NCBI GenBank assembly: GCA_002269645.1
Contig: NIVC01000177.1
Coordinates: forward strand, 380,134 to 444,133
Length of the DNA: 64,000 nucleotides
Reading direction: 5' to 3'
From: Macrostomum lignano
Taxonomy: Eukaryota
Under the pieces are notes generated by a model that saw nothing but the letters and a program-made list of their open reading frames with translations, was not told the DNA's origin and ran no database searches. Below, piece after piece: positions 58,340-64,000 of this stretch (positions are counted from its first letter, which is position 1; each line of letters starts with the position of its first letter). A program made the position numbers and the translations under genes.

Positions 58340-58520
58340 CAATGGCAGCGCAGGGAGGAAGGGGCAGGGGGTCTATAGCAGGGGGTGACCACCCTTTTAA
58401 CAAAAAATTCTAAAAGTATGTGCAAGGCCACAAGAAATATTTTTCTTGTAAAGGTAAGGGGCAGGGGGTGGCCACCCAACCACTGCCCCTCCTCCAACTA
58501 GAGGTGCTGCGCCACCACTG
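58340..58520. mobile_element. Short MITE-like element
   Basis: Left caatggcagcgcag vs reverse complement of the right end cagtggtggcgcag (11/14); shared subterminal gagga(a)ggggcag. Confidence 0.4.
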
Positions 58521-59072
58521 AGGCTGATTTCCAGAACCTACTCAAGGGTAATTTTGTTGGTTGAACCCAATATGTTGAGGAGTTTTATACAGTTGAAGAC
58601 TGTTGCAGAGTTGACTTCTAAATATCAATATATTATAGCTATACAAATAGCTGTATGTATAGATAGCCACTATAGGTATTAATTATACTGTAGTTACCAT
58701 AGGGATAATCACATTGGAAAACTATTTTGGAAAGTGGTTCAAATCCATTTCAAACAAAAATGGAAATATCAATCCCACAGATCAAGATGAGGGATTAACA
58801 AACCCTTATTTCACTGAAGTTCCAAATAAAGAATATTGCTCACGACTGCAGGCACGCCAGAGAAGAGGACAAGAGAAGTAATTAAAGAGACAGAGAGAAG
58901 AAAGGATAGAAAATAAGAGAGGAGATAAGAGGATAGATAAAATGAGAGCTGAGAAGAGACACAAACCTTGAGCATGCTGGATTGCTATTGAGAAGGTTCA
59001 AAGGTCTCAACCCCTGCGATTGATTCCATCCACCTCGAGAAAGAACTCGCAGGCCTATAAATTTAATTCCAC

Positions 59073-62000
59073 ATGCTGCAGCCTCATCATCATCAGCAGC
59101 AGCAGCAAGAAGGAGAGCTGGCGGCTGATGAAGATGGTAGAGAGTCTGGCATGCTGCCGCCACCGCCACCTCTGCCGCCTCGCGCAGCGAGCGAGGCCGC
59201 TCTGAGCAGCCTAGCCGGAGTTCGCCAATACGACCGAGCCGAACTCGACTCCGCCGTTGTCCGCCAGCTCAGCGGCGAACTCGAGCGTCGAAGAGCAGCA
59301 GAATTGGCCGGACTTCGAGCTCAATTGGCTCGCATCGAATCCGACGCCGATAGCGCTCGTCGGGATCTGGCCAGCTGCGAGGCTCAACTTGATGCGGCTC
59401 TGCGAGATGCCGAGTCTGGAAGCTGCGATCCGGCCAAGACGCGTCGAATTCGTTCGATGGAAGCGGCGGCCGAGGCTCGCGTCCGCCAGTTGCAAACGTT
59501 GGAGGCGAGGCGTCGAGCTACTAAGGAACGAATCGAAGCTGCATCTTTAGAAGCGGAAGCTGTTGCCGAAGCTGAGGCTGCTGGCACGACGAATCGGGTT
59601 GCAGCAACTGGGGATGCAGATTGCGACATGGGATTCGCCGGAGTTGGCAGGGCCGCTGCCGCGCCTTCAATTGAGAGGCCTGTGGCTGTGAAGCGGCCAG
59701 CAGTTTGTGTTGAGGTTTGTTCACATTGTTGAGATTGGCTTGCTTATTCATTACCAGCGTCAATAGTGGAGTAGTATTTGTTTTTCCTCTGGTTTTGATT
59801 AGAGCCGATACAGAAGTAGATGAGTCTTTGTTTTTCCTCTGGTTTTGATTAGAGCCGATACAGAAGTAGAGGAGTCTGTTTTTCTCCTGGTTTTGATTAG
59901 AGCCGATACAGAAGTAGAGGAGTCTTTGTTTTTCCTCTGGTTTTGATTAAAGCCGATACAGAAGCAGAGAAGTCTTTATTTTTGTCTGCTTCTGACTCTG
60001 CGTTCATACTGGACCATAGTTGTAGACTTTGTTTCTTGTTACAATTCGTGTTTATTAAGAGAAGCAACTAGTCTTTGTTTCGATGTAATGCAAGTCTTTG
60101 TACGAGCTATCCTAACAAGAGCTAACAGATATCTTTCTCAGGTGTTTATGGCCTATCTAAATTAATCAGGTGGACCCTTCAAGCACGCGAAGCGCCCCTG
60201 CAACAAAGCGCTCTCGACAACAGCAGAAGCAACACCAGCAACGTCGAAGACAGTCAGTTCGCCTTGTGGAGGAGTCGCCTCCAGAGTCGCCTTCTTCAGC
60301 GGCATCCTCGGAACTTCATCAGGAGGCTCAGCATCAGCAGCAGCAACAGCGAGCCCGTCCTCTGCTGGATGACGCCAGCCTACTGGCCTACGAGAGACGC
60401 ATCGCCCGTCTGAATCGCAGCGAACTCATCGACAGGCAGGTTCGTCTGGAGGACGGTGGCAGCGACATCGGCGATGACTTTAACGATGAATCCGACGATT
60501 CGCCGATGCAATTGGAAGGCCTGCCAGATGGTTTGGCGTTCGCTTTGCCCAGAAAAGTCTGGCAGTCTTTGTTTCCTTATCAGCGAGTGGCCGTGCGCTG
60601 GCTGAGGGAGCTGCACTCTCAGGCAGGTTGGAGGGTTTTTGAGTACTTTCCATGATTGATATTTGTTAGTACTTAGAAATAGACAAACCATTTTAGTATA
60701 CCGGACGTGGGATCTACTAATCTTGATAAGGAATCTATAGATCTTAATGAAAAATCTATAGATCTTGATGAGAAATCTACAGATCTTGATAAGAAATCTA
60801 TAGATCTTTAAGAGAAATCTAAAGATCTCGACGAGGAATCTATAGATCTTGATATGGAATCTATAGATCTTAATGCAAAAATCTATAGATCTTGATGAGA
60901 AATCTTTAGATCTTGATAAGAAATCTATAGATCTTAAAGAGAAATATATAGATCTTGATGGGGAATCTATGGATCTTGATAAGAAATCGACAGATCTTGA
61001 TAAGAAATCTATAGATCTTTAAGAGAAATCTAAAGATCTCGACGAGGAATCTATAGATCTTGATATGGAATCTATAGATCTTGATGAGAAATGTATGGAT
61101 CTTGATAAAGAATTTATAGATCTTAATGAGAAATCTATAGATCTTGATAATGAATTTATAGATTTTGATGAGAAATCTTTAAATCTTGATGAGAAACCTT
61201 TACATCTTGATGAGGAATCTATAGATATTGATTATAAGGAATCTATAGATTTTGATGAGGAATATTTAGATCTTGATGAGATACCTATCTTGATGATGAA
61301 TCTATAGATCTCGATAAAAAGTCTATAAGATCTGGATAAGAAACCCATAGATTGTTTTGAAAAATTTATATCATATAAGAAAACACAATCAAGCACAATG
61401 CAACATCACTGCAGGGAGTTGGCGGCATTATGGGCGATCAGATGGGCCTGGGCAAAACTGTGCAAATGATTGCCCTATTGGCTGGCCTGTCCTACAGTCA
61501 CAACCGGTTAGGCGGCCCCCGTCTCGGCCCTGTGCTTATCGCCTGTCCGGGCACCGTGCTGCAGCAGTGGCTTGGCGAGCTGCGACAGTGGTACCCGAGA
61601 TTTCGGGTGGCTATTCTGCACTCTACTGGTAGCGGCTACTCTAAACCTGCTAAATTAGTGCACAGCATTGCCAATCATCCCGGCATATTGCTGACTACCT
61701 ACAATACCTTAACTATGCATAGGGATGTTCTGTTAAAGTACAGATGGGATTACGTCATCCTGGACGAAGGCCATCGGATTAAGAATCCAACTAGCGATGT
61801 TACTATCGCTTGCAAGCAGTTCCCGACGCCGCATAGGATAATTATATCCGGTACTCCGATGCAAAATAATCTTAAGGTGAGCGGTGAACATACTACTTTT
61901 TTAACCTTAAACTACTGATATATGCTACTGATTGCTTGAGTGTGTTTTAATACTACTGATTAATTAATTGGGTGTGTTATATACTTACTGATTAATTGAG

Positions 62001-63537
62001 TGTGCTGTATACTACTGATTGCTTGTGTGTGTTATATACTACTGATTGCTTGTGTGTTATATACTACTGATTATTGAGTGTGTTATATACTACTGTTGCT
62101 TGTGTGTTTTATATACTGCTGATTGCTTGTGTGTGTTATATACTACTGATTATTGAGTGTGTTGTATACTACTGATTAATTGCGGCTGTTATATACTACT
62201 TATTAAAAATAAGTGTGTTTTATACTGCTGAATTAATGGCCTTCGTGATATCCTAACACTTTGCAATTTGTTTACCAACTTACAGTACCAACTTAAGCTA
62301 AAAAATACAATTTATCAATAAGCATTTGAATAGCTGTTAAAAATATCAAATTTAAACCAATCACACCGAACCCCCAATACCAGGAACTTTGGTCTCTATT
62401 CGACTTTGTCTATCCTGGCAAACTGGGCGACCTGCAAGACTTTATGCAGCACCTGGCCACCCCTATTCTACAGGGTGGCTACGCCAGCGCTAGCAAATTC
62501 CAGGTGGAATTGGCTTACAGGTTGGTTCCGCCTTTATGTGCTAATAGTATATTTATAGATATTTTATTATTAACTGGGTGATGCGATCTCTAATTAGGGA
62601 TTAATACCTGTGTGATAGAATCTCTAATTAATGATTAATACCTGTGTGATAGAATCTCTAATTAATGATTAATACCTGTGTGATAGGATCTCTAATTATG
62701 GATTAATACCTGGATGATGGGATCTCTAATTAACCATTAATACCCGGATGATGGGATCTCTAATTAACCATTAATACCTGGATGATGGGATCTCTAATTA
62801 ACCATTAATACCCGGATGATGGGATCTCTAATTAATGATTAATACCTGGATGATCGGATCTATAATTAGGGATTAATGATCGGATCTATAATTAGGGATT
62901 AGTACCTGGATGATGGGATCTCTAATTAGCTTGGATTAATACCTGGATGATGGGATCTCTAATTAGGGATTAATGGCTGGATGATGGGATCTCTAATTAT
63001 GGATTAATACCTGGATGATGGGATCTCTAGTTATGGATTAATACCTGGATGATGGGATCTCTAATTAGGGATTAATACCTGGATGATGGGATCTCTAATT
63101 AAGGATTAATGGCTGAATGATGGGATCTCTAATTATGGATTAATACCTGGATGATGGGACCTCTAATTAGGGGTGAAGAGGTCTACACCTGACAGATAAA
63201 TGCTCTAGACCGCTGGACAGTAGACCCGTAGTAGTTTTCCTAGATTTACTACTAACAGTAATAGAACTAAATAGCAGTGCATGGAATAGTTCAAATGGAG
63301 TGATAGTTTGTTCATTCACTGGTAATTATTTCTTGATACAAAACCAGATGCGCCTGCAGCCTACGGGACACCATCAATCCTTATCTATTGCGCCGAATGA
63401 AAGAGGACGTGCGCCTGCAATTGCCGGGCAAAAGCGAACAGGTGCTATTCTGTCGTCTGTCTGACTATCAACGCGATGTGTACAAGGAGTACCTGGCGTC
63501 TAGGGAGTGCCGGCAGATTCTGGAGGGTCGCTATATG
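59073..63537 (+). CDS. ERCC6: DNA excision repair protein ERCC-6 / Cockayne syndrome B SNF2 ATPase, 5' part (continues beyond the window). Exons 59073-59714, 60170-60622, 61415-61876, 62384-62520, 63348-63537
   Basis: N-terminal coiled coil ([20 protein letters not shown]), [115 protein letters not shown], all matching CSB specifically. The end of exon 1 is less certain. Confidence 0.93.
59775..59970. repeat. 50-bp minisatellite, ERCC6 intron 1
   Basis: tttgtttttcctctggttttgattagagccgatacagaagtaga, about 4 copies. Confidence 0.9.
60715..61340. repeat. 21-bp degenerate minisatellite (gatcttgatgagaaatctata), ERCC6 intron 2
   Basis: Source of ORF 61065-61307. Confidence 0.88.
62585..63170. repeat. 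~32-bp minisatellite (ctctaatta...gattaatacctggatgatgggat), ERCC6 intron 4
   Basis: Direct inspection. Confidence 0.88.
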
Positions 63538-63649
63538 GTAAGGTTTATTCGGTAGATTAGCAGATCGGTTGATTACTGAACAGCTTGATAGGTAAGATTT
63601 GTAGACCGCTAGAATGGTAGATAAATTGGTATGCCGATATGTAGATTTG

Positions 63650-64000
63650 TGAGCAGGTAGATTTGGGTAGACAGGTAGATTTAGGTGGGTAGGTAGATTC
63701 GGGTTGCAGGTGGGTTTGAGTAGACAGATAGATTAGGGTAGACATATATATTAGGGTAGACAGGTAGATTTGGGTAGACAGGTAGATTAGGGTAGACAGG
63801 TAGATTTGGGTAGACAGGTAGATTAGGGTAGACAGGTAGATTTGGGTAGACAGGTAGATTAGGGTAGACAGTAGATTTGGGTAAACAGGTAGATCAAGGT
63901 TGACAGAGTAGATTAGGGTAGACAGTAGATTTGGGTAGACAGGTAGATTTGGGTAGACAGGTAGATTAAGGTTGACAGGTAGATTAGATTAGACAGATAT
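63650..64000. repeat. gtagacaggtagatt(t/a)gg repeat, ERCC6 intron 5
   Basis: Direct inspection. Confidence 0.85.

Noticed and set aside
61065-61307. Acidic [12 protein letters not shown]...
   Set aside because: Translation of the 21-bp repeat in ERCC6 intron 2.

Overview
Eukaryotic (animal) genomic DNA with compact, GC-richer exons and introns packed with tandem repeats. The composition and style suggest a flatworm such as Macrostomum, but that assignment is inference. Eight genes can be reconstructed with frame-consistent splice junctions: the 3' part of Aquarius (AQR) with an unusual ~600-aa acidic/basic repeat tail; two inverted, convergent paralogues of a GRD/GABA-A-like Cys-loop channel subunit; a GlyR/GluCl-like Cys-loop subunit; an uncharacterised helical-repeat protein; a C19orf81/DUF4732-like protein; a secreted PAN-like + fibrinogen-domain protein; and the 5' part of ERCC6/CSB. 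The most striking structure is the inverted channel pair. Exons 1 and 3 are almost identical between copies, while the loop-C exon differs at 15 of 36 residues. The space between the genes is a ~5-kb satellite built from the last coding codons and stop of the gene itself. Most long ORFs in the supplied track are translations of repeats. All alignments and counts were done by eye.
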